Source: an uncultured bacterium
GTDB lineage: Bacteria; UBA8481
NCBI GenBank assembly: GCA_964499705.1
Contig: CAZCME010000004.1
Span: forward strand, 124,001-188,000
Reading direction: 5' to 3'
DNA length: 64,000 nucleotides
Below, one piece after another: positions 48,699 through 57,360 of the stretch; position 1 is the first letter of the stretch, and the number at the start of each line of letters is the position of its first letter. The notes below the pieces were generated by a model. The model was not told where the DNA came from and made no database searches. It saw only the letters and a program-made list of their open reading frames with translations. The translations under genes were made by a program, and so were the position numbers.

Positions 48699-49786
48699 GC
48701 TGATTTCACCACGTCGGCGACCTGTGCGATCTGCGCCGGAGTCAGCTCCGGGAACATCGGCAGCGAAAGCACTTCCGCCGCCGCTTTTTCCGCATGAGGA
48801 AAGTCGCCCGGCTTGTGTCCCAGGTCCGCGTATGATTTCTGCATGTGAATCGGGATCGGGTAATGAATGCCGGACTGGATATCCGCATCCGTCAGCATCT
48901 TGTGGATCGCATCCCGTCTGGGGCTGCGGATCGCATAAACGTGGAAGACATGCCGCGCATACGACATCTCCGCGGGCGCGACGATGGAACTGCCCTTGAA
49001 GGCTTCCGCGTAGAGAGCCGCGTTCTTCCGGCGCGCTTCCGTCCACGCGGCGAGATACTTCAGCTTCACGCCGAGAATCGCCCCCTGGATTCCTTCCATG
49101 CGGTAATTGAAGCCCTTCAGGTCATGGTAATACTTTTTCTCCTGGCCCCAGTCGCGGAGCATGCGCATGGTCTTCGCAAAGGAGGCATTGCTCGTGACGA
49201 TGGCGCCGCCCTCTCCGTAGGCGCCGAGATTCTTTCCGGGGTAGAAGCTGAACGCGCCGAGGTCTCCGATGGAACCGACGGGCCGGTCCTTGTACCGGGC
49301 CAGGTGCGCCTGGCAGGCGTCCTCGATCACGGTGATCTTTCTCTTGCGGGCAATCTCCATGATCGAATCCATGTCGGCCGGCTGGCCGTACAGGTGGACG
49401 GGAATGATCGCCTTCGTCCGGGGCGTGATCGCGGCCTCGATCTTCGACGGGTCTATCGTGAAGGACTCAGGAGTGATATCGACGAAGACCGGGCGGGCGT
49501 TGCAGTAACCGATCGCGGCGGTCGTCGCGACGAACGTGAAGGGCGTCGTGATGACCTCGTCGCCGGAGCCGACACCGGCGGCCAGGAGCGCCAGGTGGAG
49601 CGCGCTCGTTCCGGAATTGGTGCCGATGCCTTCCGTGGCGCCATGCGCCTTCGCGAACTCGGTCTCGAATGCCGCGACTTTTTTGCCGAGAATGAACCCG
49701 CTCGTTTCGAGCACGTCCATGACGGCGGCGTCGATCTCGGGTTTGATGGCCAGGTACTGCGACTTCAAGTCGACAAATGGTATCAT
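48695..49786 (-). CDS. DegT/DnrJ/EryC1/StrS sugar aminotransferase
   Basis: NSGTSALH, PVHLYG, EDACQAH, SFYPGKNLGAYGEGG. Confidence 0.95.
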   Translation of the reverse strand: MIPFVDLKSQYLAIKPEIDAAVMDVLETSGFILGKKVAAFETEFAKAHGATEGIGTNSGTSALHLALLAAGVGSGDEVITTPFTFVATTAAIGYCNARPVFVDITPESFTIDPSKIEAAITPRTKAIIPVHLYGQPADMDSIMEIARKRKITVIEDACQAHLARYKDRPVGSIGDLGAFSFYPGKNLGAYGEGGAIVTSNASFAKTMRMLRDWGQEKKYYHDLKGFNYRMEGIQGAILGVKLKYLAAWTEARRKNAALYAEAFKGSSIVAPAEMSYARHVFHVYAIRSPRRDAIHKMLTDADIQSGIHYPIPIHMQKSYADLGHKPGDFPHAEKAAAEVLSLPMFPELTPAQIAQVADVVKSA

Positions 49787-50268
49787 GATGTCCTCTCTTC
49801 TTTTCCCGCCCGCGCGCGCAGGCGGGCCGGTACTCCGGCCACGGTCGCGCCGTCCGGAACGTCTTTCGTGACTACGGCTCCCGCGCCCACCAGCGCTCCC
49901 GCGCCGACGGTCACTCCGCACAGGATCGTCGCTCCGCTTCCGATCGACGCGCCTTTCCTGATGCGCGTCGGCACGACCTTCCAGTCCGCCTCCGTCTGCA
50001 GGGCTCCGTCGGCCGTCGCCCGCGGATACCGGTCGTTGATGAACATCACGCCGTGCCCGACAAAGACCTCGTCCTCGATCGTGACTCCTTCGCAGATGAA
50101 GGTGTGCGAGGAGATCTTGCAGCGGGCCCCGATCGCCGCGTTCTTCTGAATCTCGACGAAGGCACCGACCTTGGTGTCGTCTCCGATGGAACAGCCGTAC
50201 AGGTTCACGAGGTCCTTGTGATGGATGAGGACGCCGGTACCGAGCGTCACACTGGGAGCGATGGGCAT
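49783..50268 (-). CDS. Hexapeptide-repeat sugar N-acyltransferase
   Basis: VNLYGCSIG, CKISSHTFICEGV, GAGAVVTKDVP...GVPAR. Confidence 0.92.
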   Translation of the reverse strand: MPIAPSVTLGTGVLIHHKDLVNLYGCSIGDDTKVGAFVEIQKNAAIGARCKISSHTFICEGVTIEDEVFVGHGVMFINDRYPRATADGALQTEADWKVVPTRIRKGASIGSGATILCGVTVGAGALVGAGAVVTKDVPDGATVAGVPARLRARAGKEERTS

Positions 50269-50543
50269 GTATTCCTCTTGGAAGCGTTTCCGCTGTATTG
50301 CAGGTTCAAGCGCGTAATACGGCGCTTTTGCCATGGCGGCGCATCGTATTCCACAGGGTGTGGAAGTCAAGCGGCAACTATGTGCAATTGGGTCCAATTG
50401 AGCCCAAATGAGCGCAGGTTCATCATTCCGGAGGCGAAAAATATATCCGCTCAACTCTCCTTTAGGCGTCGCGATTTCATTCCGATGCTTTCATTGCACG
50501 ACGTCGGCGTCGCAGCCGATAACCCTGGAACCTGGAGGATGGG

Positions 50544-50795
50544 ATGTATTTTTCCGTGGAAGTTTTTCGAAAAGACACAGAGACCTTCGTCGCCTCCTGT
50601 CCGGAACTCGATATCTTCTCTTACGGTCGGACGCTCGAGTCGGCCGTCGACCGCCTGAAGCGGGTCGTCAGTTTCTATCTGGAATCCGCGGATGAAATGG
50701 GAGTCAGCCTCGAAGACCTCGGGCTCCAGAATTCCGCCGAAAAGAACTTCGTCCCACGCGTTTCATCCCTGGATATGAAATCCGCCCTGAATTAA
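50544..50795 (+). CDS. HicB-like protein (no adjacent HicA)
   Basis: FVASCPELDIFSYGRTLESAV; GGAGG RBS. Confidence 0.8.
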   Translation: MYFSVEVFRKDTETFVASCPELDIFSYGRTLESAVDRLKRVVSFYLESADEMGVSLEDLGLQNSAEKNFVPRVSSLDMKSALN

Positions 50796-50918
50796 CCGTC
50801 GCGCCGCTGCAACTCCTTCATCCCAAATGTTGCAATGTGGGAGGTCGCTTCGTCCATCCCTGGACTCTCGCGACATTTCCCCCATCCGTGGGGGTCAAAT
50901 GACCCTTTTAAGCCGCCT

Positions 50919-51392
50919 TTAAAACAACGGCGTTCCTGTCGTCTGGATCAGCATGAACCGCCCGGAAGCTCGGGAAAGAGTCCATTCGCTCCTGCCGTTC
51001 GTGCTGACGATCTCGCCGCTGTCGCGATCCTGGTGTTTTCTCTGCCATGTGAAGATATAGACGACGCGATCGAGATCCGACACGCGTCTTTCGACGGAGA
51101 CGTTGTATTCCACGTTATCCGCGGCGCCCAGGAACTTGTTCAGATCCTCCCAGAGGATATCGCGGTTGGGACTGCATGTCGGATCCACGGCTCCCGCAAA
51201 ACGGTCGGCGCGCCGCTCTTCGATCGATTTCAGGAGATGGAGAAAGACGTCGTCTGACGGAGCGGACGTGCTGGGCGGAGCACCGACGCTCGTGCCCGTG
51301 CCCGCGACACATCCCGCGGTCAGCAAGAGGAGGGCTAAGCCGGCCGCTCCGGCGGACCATCTCAATTTTTCGCGCTTCATCGTTCGCTCCAT
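50919..51392 (-). CDS. Lipoprotein, NTF2-like fold predicted
   Basis: Lipobox TAGC; helix-helix then beta strands. Confidence 0.65.
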   Translation of the reverse strand: MERTMKREKLRWSAGAAGLALLLLTAGCVAGTGTSVGAPPSTSAPSDDVFLHLLKSIEERRADRFAGAVDPTCSPNRDILWEDLNKFLGAADNVEYNVSVERRVSDLDRVVYIFTWQRKHQDRDSGEIVSTNGRSEWTLSRASGRFMLIQTTGTPLF

Positions 51393-53164
51393 CAGAAAGT
51401 ATACGCCACCGACAACCGCGTTTCCGTCTGTCGATACGACCTCAGGTGATTCTCTTCATCCTGGTCGAGATAGCTGTACGACAGGACGCTCTGGAAGTTC
51501 GGGAAGAGGTACGGCTTGTACGTCAGGCTCATGTTGTACTTGTTCTGCGAGTAGTCGTTGCCCGTGGGAGCGCGGTCAGCGTCGAGGATGAGGTAGTTGA
51601 AATTCGCTCCGATCTCCTCCCAGTTGACGGCCATGCCGAGCGTGGTCGTCTGGAGAAAGGTGGTGACGCCGGTCGTGCGGAAACGGTCGCGGCTGACGCG
51701 GTAGCCGATGTTCGGAAAGATGCGCACGCCCATTTTCTTCCAGTTCAGGGGCTTGGCGGCGCGGACACCGTAGGCCTGCAGGCGGCGGTCGGATGTCGGC
51801 ACGGCGTCGTCATCGGTGATCTGGAACTGGTAATCGCCGGTGAAGTTGATGTCGAAGAGCTTGTACATGACGGTGTAGATGTAGTCCTCGATCTTGGAGT
51901 TCACGCTGTTGTTGGAGGCATCGCGGTCGTTGAAGCGGAATTCCAGTTTCGTCCGGATCGCCTTGATGGATTCGGGAAGCTTATCCGTCCAGTTCGTGAC
52001 ATCGCCGAAGAGATGAAACGGGCGCATGTTCACGGCGATGTTCGAATTGCGCGTCACGTTCGTCACGACCGCCTGGTCGCGCACGTTATCCTCCAGCCGC
52101 AGAAAGCTCATGCTCCAGTCGAGATCATCGTTGAACCGGTGCGCCGTGCGTCCGCTCCACCGAAGCTGGTTCGGCGACGCAATGCCGATCGGCGCGAGGA
52201 AGTACGGATCCACGAGTTCCCAGTTGAACTGGAACGCGAAGGGAGCAAGACGGGCGAGACCGGCGCGCTGGGTCGTGCCCTGGCGGAGCCAGGAGAGATC
52301 CGCCAGCCAGGCCGATCCGTCGCGCTCCATCGCGGTCCTGCGGTCGGACGTTCCCTTGCTCCAGGCGTTCTCTCCCAGGAAGGACCAGCCGTGCTTCAAC
52401 TGGGCCGAGTAGAGAAGCCCGTGCGTCGCGACCTGGAGATCGGGCAGAGTGCGGGCGTTATCGACGGAGCCGAGCTGATCGGACGCGGAGGAATGGCGAT
52501 ACCCGAAGAACCACTTCGGCTTGCCGCGCTCCTTGTTCAGGCTCTCGAACGAAAGCCCCGCGCCGATGGCCACGCGGCGCAGGGAGTTCTGCTCCCGCGA
52601 TCGTTCCACGCGAGACAGAATGCCGACGCTGCGCATGAGCGACGGGCCCATGGTGCGCTGGTATTCGCCTTGCACACCCTTGGCGAAGCGGTTGAAAGTA
52701 TAGCGGGAGAGATTCGGAAAGATGTCGCCCGTGCGGACGCGCCAGACATCCTTCCTTCCGAGGTGCGAGTAGAAGGAAGTGATGTGCACGTCATCCCGGA
52801 AGGTTACGGATGGATCCGTGACAGTCCGCAAGGAAAGCTTGATTTCATAATCCAGGCCGTTCTTCATGCGAGAGGCCGCCAGCCAGCTCAGGTTGTGCGT
52901 AAGATACAGATCGTCCGGCCTGAAGGCGCGCGTCCGATCGCCGTAAGTTCCGTAGCGATAGTAGTCGCCGTAATAGGACATGTCGAAACGGTCGAAATAT
53001 TCCTTCAGGGATCGAGGTTTCAAGATCGACGTGCGAGGCCGGGTGTCTCCCGTGGTGGCATCGAGGGGAAATGTCACCTGAAGTGCTACCGCAGGTAGTT
53101 CGGCTGCACCCCCAATAAAAATGAGGACGGCCAGAAAAAATAAAGCCAGTCGTTTATAGGACAT
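51392..53164 (-). CDS. Outer-membrane beta-barrel protein
   Basis: Signal peptide, alternating aromatic/polar strands, C-terminal LSVAYTF. Confidence 0.8.
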   Translation of the reverse strand: MSYKRLALFFLAVLIFIGGAAELPAVALQVTFPLDATTGDTRPRTSILKPRSLKEYFDRFDMSYYGDYYRYGTYGDRTRAFRPDDLYLTHNLSWLAASRMKNGLDYEIKLSLRTVTDPSVTFRDDVHITSFYSHLGRKDVWRVRTGDIFPNLSRYTFNRFAKGVQGEYQRTMGPSLMRSVGILSRVERSREQNSLRRVAIGAGLSFESLNKERGKPKWFFGYRHSSASDQLGSVDNARTLPDLQVATHGLLYSAQLKHGWSFLGENAWSKGTSDRRTAMERDGSAWLADLSWLRQGTTQRAGLARLAPFAFQFNWELVDPYFLAPIGIASPNQLRWSGRTAHRFNDDLDWSMSFLRLEDNVRDQAVVTNVTRNSNIAVNMRPFHLFGDVTNWTDKLPESIKAIRTKLEFRFNDRDASNNSVNSKIEDYIYTVMYKLFDINFTGDYQFQITDDDAVPTSDRRLQAYGVRAAKPLNWKKMGVRIFPNIGYRVSRDRFRTTGVTTFLQTTTLGMAVNWEEIGANFNYLILDADRAPTGNDYSQNKYNMSLTYKPYLFPNFQSVLSYSYLDQDEENHLRSYRQTETRLSVAYTF

Positions 53165-53214
53165 GTTCCCGGGAGCGTAGTGTTTCCAACAATGGTGGTT
53201 ATATCAAGGGAAAT

Positions 53215-54018
53215 CTATGGGCGCCGTTCCCTCCAGAATCGATACTTCAATAGCGTTCCAATGGCGATGATCCCATCCGTCCAACGGATCTTTTTTCCCT
53301 CCTCGATGGAGCGCGGATTGTAGGCGATAGGGATCTCGACGATCCGCTCGTTCAACCTCGCGAATTTCGCCGTGACCTCCGGACAGAATTCGAAACCCGT
53401 GCACTCCAGGTTCATCCGGCGATAAAGATCCGTGCGTGCCATCTTGTAGCAGGTGGGTTCGTCCGTAATGGATGTCCCGTACAACAGGTTGGCCAGGAGC
53501 GTGAGGAATTTTCCTCCGTAGAGAAATCGTCGATAGGAAAATTGGTTGCGGCCGAGGATCCTCGATCCGTAGACGACGCCGGCTCCTTCCCTGATCCTGT
53601 CGAGCATGTTCTTGAAGTCGTTCGGGTCATACTCGAGATCTCCGTCCTGAATGACGGTGACGGCTCCGGTGACATGCAGAAGCCCGGTCCGGATCGCAGC
53701 GCCTTTGCCCCGGTTGCGATCATGCTTCACGAGTTTCACGCGAGGAAGAGCAGGATCGGCGGCGGAAGCCGCCTCGACTGCGGCGGACGGGTAGGAAGGT
53801 TCCGAATCGGGCGCGCGCTGGGCGCCGGGGGTGGTGTTCGTCGTGCCGCAGTAGGATTCCGCCACCGTTGCCGTGTCATCCGTCGAACCATCGTCCACCA
53901 CGACGATTTCGGTGATCTCCTCGAGGGCGAGGAGCCGGTCGAGAATTCCGGCGAGCGTGCGGCCCTCGTTCAGGACAGGGACGATGACGGAGAGAGTCAG
54001 GCGCGGAGAATTCCTCAT
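53215..54018 (-). CDS. GT2 glycosyltransferase (polyprenol-phosphate mannose synthase-like)
   Basis: SVIVPVLNE, VDDGSTD, NRGKGAA, QDGDLEYDP, VYGSR. Confidence 0.93.
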   Translation of the reverse strand: MRNSPRLTLSVIVPVLNEGRTLAGILDRLLALEEITEIVVVDDGSTDDTATVAESYCGTTNTTPGAQRAPDSEPSYPSAAVEAASAADPALPRVKLVKHDRNRGKGAAIRTGLLHVTGAVTVIQDGDLEYDPNDFKNMLDRIREGAGVVYGSRILGRNQFSYRRFLYGGKFLTLLANLLYGTSITDEPTCYKMARTDLYRRMNLECTGFEFCPEVTAKFARLNERIVEIPIAYNPRSIEEGKKIRWTDGIIAIGTLLKYRFWRERRP

Positions 54019-54827
54019 GATTCGAACGATTCCTTCCCGGAAGGAAACGATCCGTTGCGCACATCTTCCGCATATTGCGAAATCGCGGAGACGGCCTGGG
54101 TGCCGACGGCCGCGTAACGCCGGACGAATTTCGGATGAAATCGCTCGAAGATGCCGAGCATGTCGTAGAGAACAAGGATCTGCCCGTCGCAGTCGGGCCC
54201 CGCTCCGATGCCGATCGTGGGAATCGACAACGCATCCGTCACGAGCTTTCCGACGCGGCGCGTCACTTTCTCGATGACGCAGGAGAAGCAACCGAGTCCC
54301 TCCGCGCGCCTTGCGACCTCCAGGATGCGATTCGACTCCTCCTCCGTGACGCCCTTCAACTTGTATCCACCCTCCCGCGCCGCTTCCTGCGGAAGAAGCC
54401 CGACATGAGCCATGACCTCGATGCCCGCGCTCCGCGCAGCCTCGATCGCCTTCATCCCCATCTCGTGGCACTCGATCTTCACTGCGGCCGCTCCTGCTTC
54501 CAGAAGCCTTCGGGACGATCGGACCGGATCGGAGAGGCCGTTGTCAGGCAAATCGGCCACGAGAAGCGGACGCGGGGCTTCTCCCATCCCGCGCACGCAG
54601 GCTTCCGTCGCCTGGACCATCGCTTCCATCGAGACGTGCGTGGTGTCGCGAAAGCCGAGCGAGACCATCCCGAGCGAATCGCCGACCAGGACGATGTCGA
54701 CCCCAGCCCGGACGCACCAATCCGCCGAGGGTGCGTCGAGCGCCGTCAGGGCGACAAGACGACGGTGCTTCTTGGCCTCACGCACGGCCGGAATAGTCAC
54801 GCGTTCGGCTGCCGCGGATAATGTCAT
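54015..54827 (-). CDS. panB: 3-methyl-2-oxobutanoate hydroxymethyltransferase
   Basis: LVGDSLGM, VADLP, HVGLLPQ, IGIGAG..CDGQILV. Confidence 0.95.
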   Translation of the reverse strand: MTLSAAAERVTIPAVREAKKHRRLVALTALDAPSADWCVRAGVDIVLVGDSLGMVSLGFRDTTHVSMEAMVQATEACVRGMGEAPRPLLVADLPDNGLSDPVRSSRRLLEAGAAAVKIECHEMGMKAIEAARSAGIEVMAHVGLLPQEAAREGGYKLKGVTEEESNRILEVARRAEGLGCFSCVIEKVTRRVGKLVTDALSIPTIGIGAGPDCDGQILVLYDMLGIFERFHPKFVRRYAAVGTQAVSAISQYAEDVRNGSFPSGKESFES

Positions 54828-55459
54828 CTCTTATCCTGTCGGATCCGGCCACCTGCCGCGAGATGAACCGTTCGCGACACCGGCCCCTGCGCCTCGATCG
54901 CTCTCACAAGCTCCTCCATGTCCTCATCATTCGAAGCGGGACTGAAATGATCGGCCTGAACGACGAGCAGCGGCGTTCCCGACCAGGCGAAAAAGTAATC
55001 GTTGTACGCGTCCGTCAGGAGCTTCATGAAAGCCGGCTCGATATCCGGCTTCCTGCGCCGCGCCTCGGCAACGCTCAGCTGCAGAAACACGACAAGATCG
55101 GGCAGCGTGCGGCGGGCACCGAGAAGAGCGAAGATGGATCGATACAGGGTCATCTCCGCCTCGTCGAGGGTCAGCGAGGCGTAGATGGCGTCACGGTCGA
55201 AAAAATAATCCGTCACGATGCCCGCGTCGAAGAGTTCCGGCTGCCGCAGTTCGGATTCCAAGCCGTATCGGGACAGGAGAAAAAAGATCTGCGTCTGGAA
55301 GGAGCGACTCTCCATGTCGGCATGAAATTCCGGAAGAAAGGGATTCTCGTCGACATCCAGGACGAGCTTGGCTCCGATTCGCTTCGAGAGCGCCGCGGCG
55401 GTGCCGGTCTTTCCCGCGCCCGGCACGCCTTCGACGGCGATGTGCCTGAAGTCGATCAC
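54824..55459 (-). CDS. Deoxynucleoside kinase
   Basis: IAVEGVPGAGKT, ENPFLPEF, TQIFFLLSRY, PDLVVFL; GTG 6 nt after TATCAT. Confidence 0.88.
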   Translation of the reverse strand: MIDFRHIAVEGVPGAGKTGTAAALSKRIGAKLVLDVDENPFLPEFHADMESRSFQTQIFFLLSRYGLESELRQPELFDAGIVTDYFFDRDAIYASLTLDEAEMTLYRSIFALLGARRTLPDLVVFLQLSVAEARRRKPDIEPAFMKLLTDAYNDYFFAWSGTPLLVVQADHFSPASNDEDMEELVRAIEAQGPVSRTVHLAAGGRIRQDKR

Positions 55460-55502
55460 GGTGTCATGATAAGGGGAAAAGGATGAAGAGAATAGAGGGC
55501 TT

Positions 55503-56447
55503 CTATTCGCGCCGTGCGGCGCGTTGAAGACGGTCGCGTAGCGCAAGGCCGATGCCCGCCTCGGGCGGTTCTTCGAGATATAATCTTTTCAATTGCCGGT
55601 CATCAGCCTCTCGCATCAAAGCATAAAGTCGGCGCGCGTATTCTTCGATGGAATCCAGATGGACCGAGAAGCGGGAAGACGGAGGCGGAAATGTGAAGGT
55701 AATCATGCCTTCCTGGTCGCCCGGCAACGGCGGTTGGTCGCGCGAAAAGAGCTGGATATCGCAAAGCGGCCTGTAATGCATGTGCCGAACGCCGGGAGAG
55801 GATCCGTTCTCCATGTCCGTGGCGATGCCGGGATCATACCCCAGCGCTTCGGACAGTTGCTCGCGCGTGACTCCCCCGGGGCGGAGAATGCGGCAGGGTT
55901 CCCGTGTCACATCCAGCACCGTCGATTCGACGCCCAGCGCGCACGGTCCACCGTCGATGATGGCGGCGATGTCATCGCCGAACTCATCCGCGACATGTCG
56001 GGCATTCGTCGGGCTCGGCCGCCCCGATCGATTCGCGCTCGGCGCGGCAATCGGAGTTCCCGCCTGTCGGATCAGGTCGAGCGCGACGCGATGATTCGGC
56101 ATGCGGACGGCGATGGAGGGAAGGCCGGCGGACATGATGGCGGGAACATTCTCCTTGCGGGCAAGAACGAGCGTGAGCGCGCCCGGCCAGAAGCGGTTGA
56201 TGAGTTGGTCGGCTTGTCGAGGAATATCACGCGCCAGAAGTAAAAGCATTTCCCGATCCGCGACATGCGCGATGAGAGGGTTGTCCGGCGGGCGGCGCTT
56301 AGCGAGGAAGATCGCTTCCACCGCGGCGGGATTCATCGCATCGGCGCCGAGGCCGTAGACAGTTTCGGTGGGGAAGGCGACAAGCTCTCCGTCCCGCAAC
56401 AACTGCCCGGCTTGCCCGATGCCGTTTGCATCAGGGGAAAGAATCAT
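55503..56447 (-). CDS. sua5: Threonylcarbamoyl-AMP synthase (Sua5 type)
   Basis: AFPTETVYGLG, KRRPPDNPLI, APSANRSG, C-terminal SUA5 domain (SPG..HY, LRDRLQRAA). Confidence 0.95.
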   Translation of the reverse strand: MILSPDANGIGQAGQLLRDGELVAFPTETVYGLGADAMNPAAVEAIFLAKRRPPDNPLIAHVADREMLLLLARDIPRQADQLINRFWPGALTLVLARKENVPAIMSAGLPSIAVRMPNHRVALDLIRQAGTPIAAPSANRSGRPSPTNARHVADEFGDDIAAIIDGGPCALGVESTVLDVTREPCRILRPGGVTREQLSEALGYDPGIATDMENGSSPGVRHMHYRPLCDIQLFSRDQPPLPGDQEGMITFTFPPPSSRFSVHLDSIEEYARRLYALMREADDRQLKRLYLEEPPEAGIGLALRDRLQRAARRE

Positions 56448-56462
56448 CGTGGCGGGTTCGCG

Positions 56463-57029
56463 CTATGGAATGCGCTTGGCGATGAGTTGGTCAAGACGGT
56501 CGAGAAGTTCCGGCTTTTCCTTGATCGCAAGCATTGGTCGTAGATCTTTCCGGATGCGCTTCAAGTCCAGTTTCTTGCCCTGCCGGATCAAAATGCCATC
56601 GATGTCATGCCAATCAAGAAGTCGGTCGGCAAAAGCTTTCATGACGATCAGATCTTCGGGACGGCACGTGCGCAGAACGATCCCTGGTTCGAACTTTTCC
56701 ATAGTCGCTCTCTTGATCATCGATTTCTCAAAGGGGAGAGCGCCGAGAGCGACATCCACAGGATGACCGTTTCCCGCAATAAGAACAGCAACACGACGTT
56801 CGATGATCGGATGTTCAGAAACTGAAGCTCTGGACCGAAATCGCGCCAGAAGCGGTTCCACAAAACGTTCTTCATCTCCCAACCCCGTCAACAATGTCAG
56901 ATCAACGTCACGGGTCAGGCGCATTTCACCCCAATGAAATACCGCCATTCCTCCGATGAGACAGAACCGCCATTTTTTCGACTCGAAAAATTCTTGAAAT
57001 TCAGCGGCAGCTTCGAAGAGTTCTCTCAC
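56463..57029 (-). CDS. Nucleotidyltransferase-fold protein (AbiEii-like), TA-like
   Basis: LIGGMAV..WGEMRLTRDVDL; EDLIVMKAFADR..D; GTGA overlap with upstream small gene. Confidence 0.82.
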   Translation of the reverse strand: MRELFEAAAEFQEFFESKKWRFCLIGGMAVFHWGEMRLTRDVDLTLLTGLGDEERFVEPLLARFRSRASVSEHPIIERRVAVLIAGNGHPVDVALGALPFEKSMIKRATMEKFEPGIVLRTCRPEDLIVMKAFADRLLDWHDIDGILIRQGKKLDLKRIRKDLRPMLAIKEKPELLDRLDQLIAKRIP

Positions 57030-57250
57030 CGGTACATGCGACGGAACCACGCCTGTTGTTCAACAAGTCCGCTTGTCGTGCGGGAAGGTCTCGATGCGAG
57101 ATAAAGCTCCACCATGCCGTCAAAAGCATCGAGCGTGCCCTTGACATCCGCCTCGCGGATCCGCCTGATGCGATCTTCTTCAAGGGTCACGCTTGCCAAT
57201 TCCCACGCCTTGATTGATCGAAGAATGATTTCTTTTTCCTTCGCCTTCAT
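57026..57250 (-). CDS. Small protein, partner of nucleotidyltransferase
   Basis: 74 aa, SGLVEQQAWF; extended -10 TGaTAAAAT 6 nt before ATG 57250. Confidence 0.65.
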   Translation of the reverse strand: MKAKEKEIILRSIKAWELASVTLEEDRIRRIREADVKGTLDAFDGMVELYLASRPSRTTSGLVEQQAWFRRMYR

Positions 57251-57310
57251 GGGCATATTTTATCAAGTTATGGCGCTGAGAGCACGTTCAGAAAGGACAA
57301 TCTTCCCCTC

Positions 57311-57338
57311 GCCCTTCCCGAGAGCGTCTCGGGGGGGC
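57311..57338 (-). terminator. Stem-loop after large surface protein gene
   Basis: GCCCTTCCCGAGA-GCG-TCTCGGGGGGGC. Confidence 0.5.
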
Positions 57339-57360
57339 AAAGGGAGTTTGAAAAGCGAAG

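Noticed and set aside
51176-53098. 640-aa plus-strand ORF
   Set aside because: Antisense shadow of the beta-barrel gene
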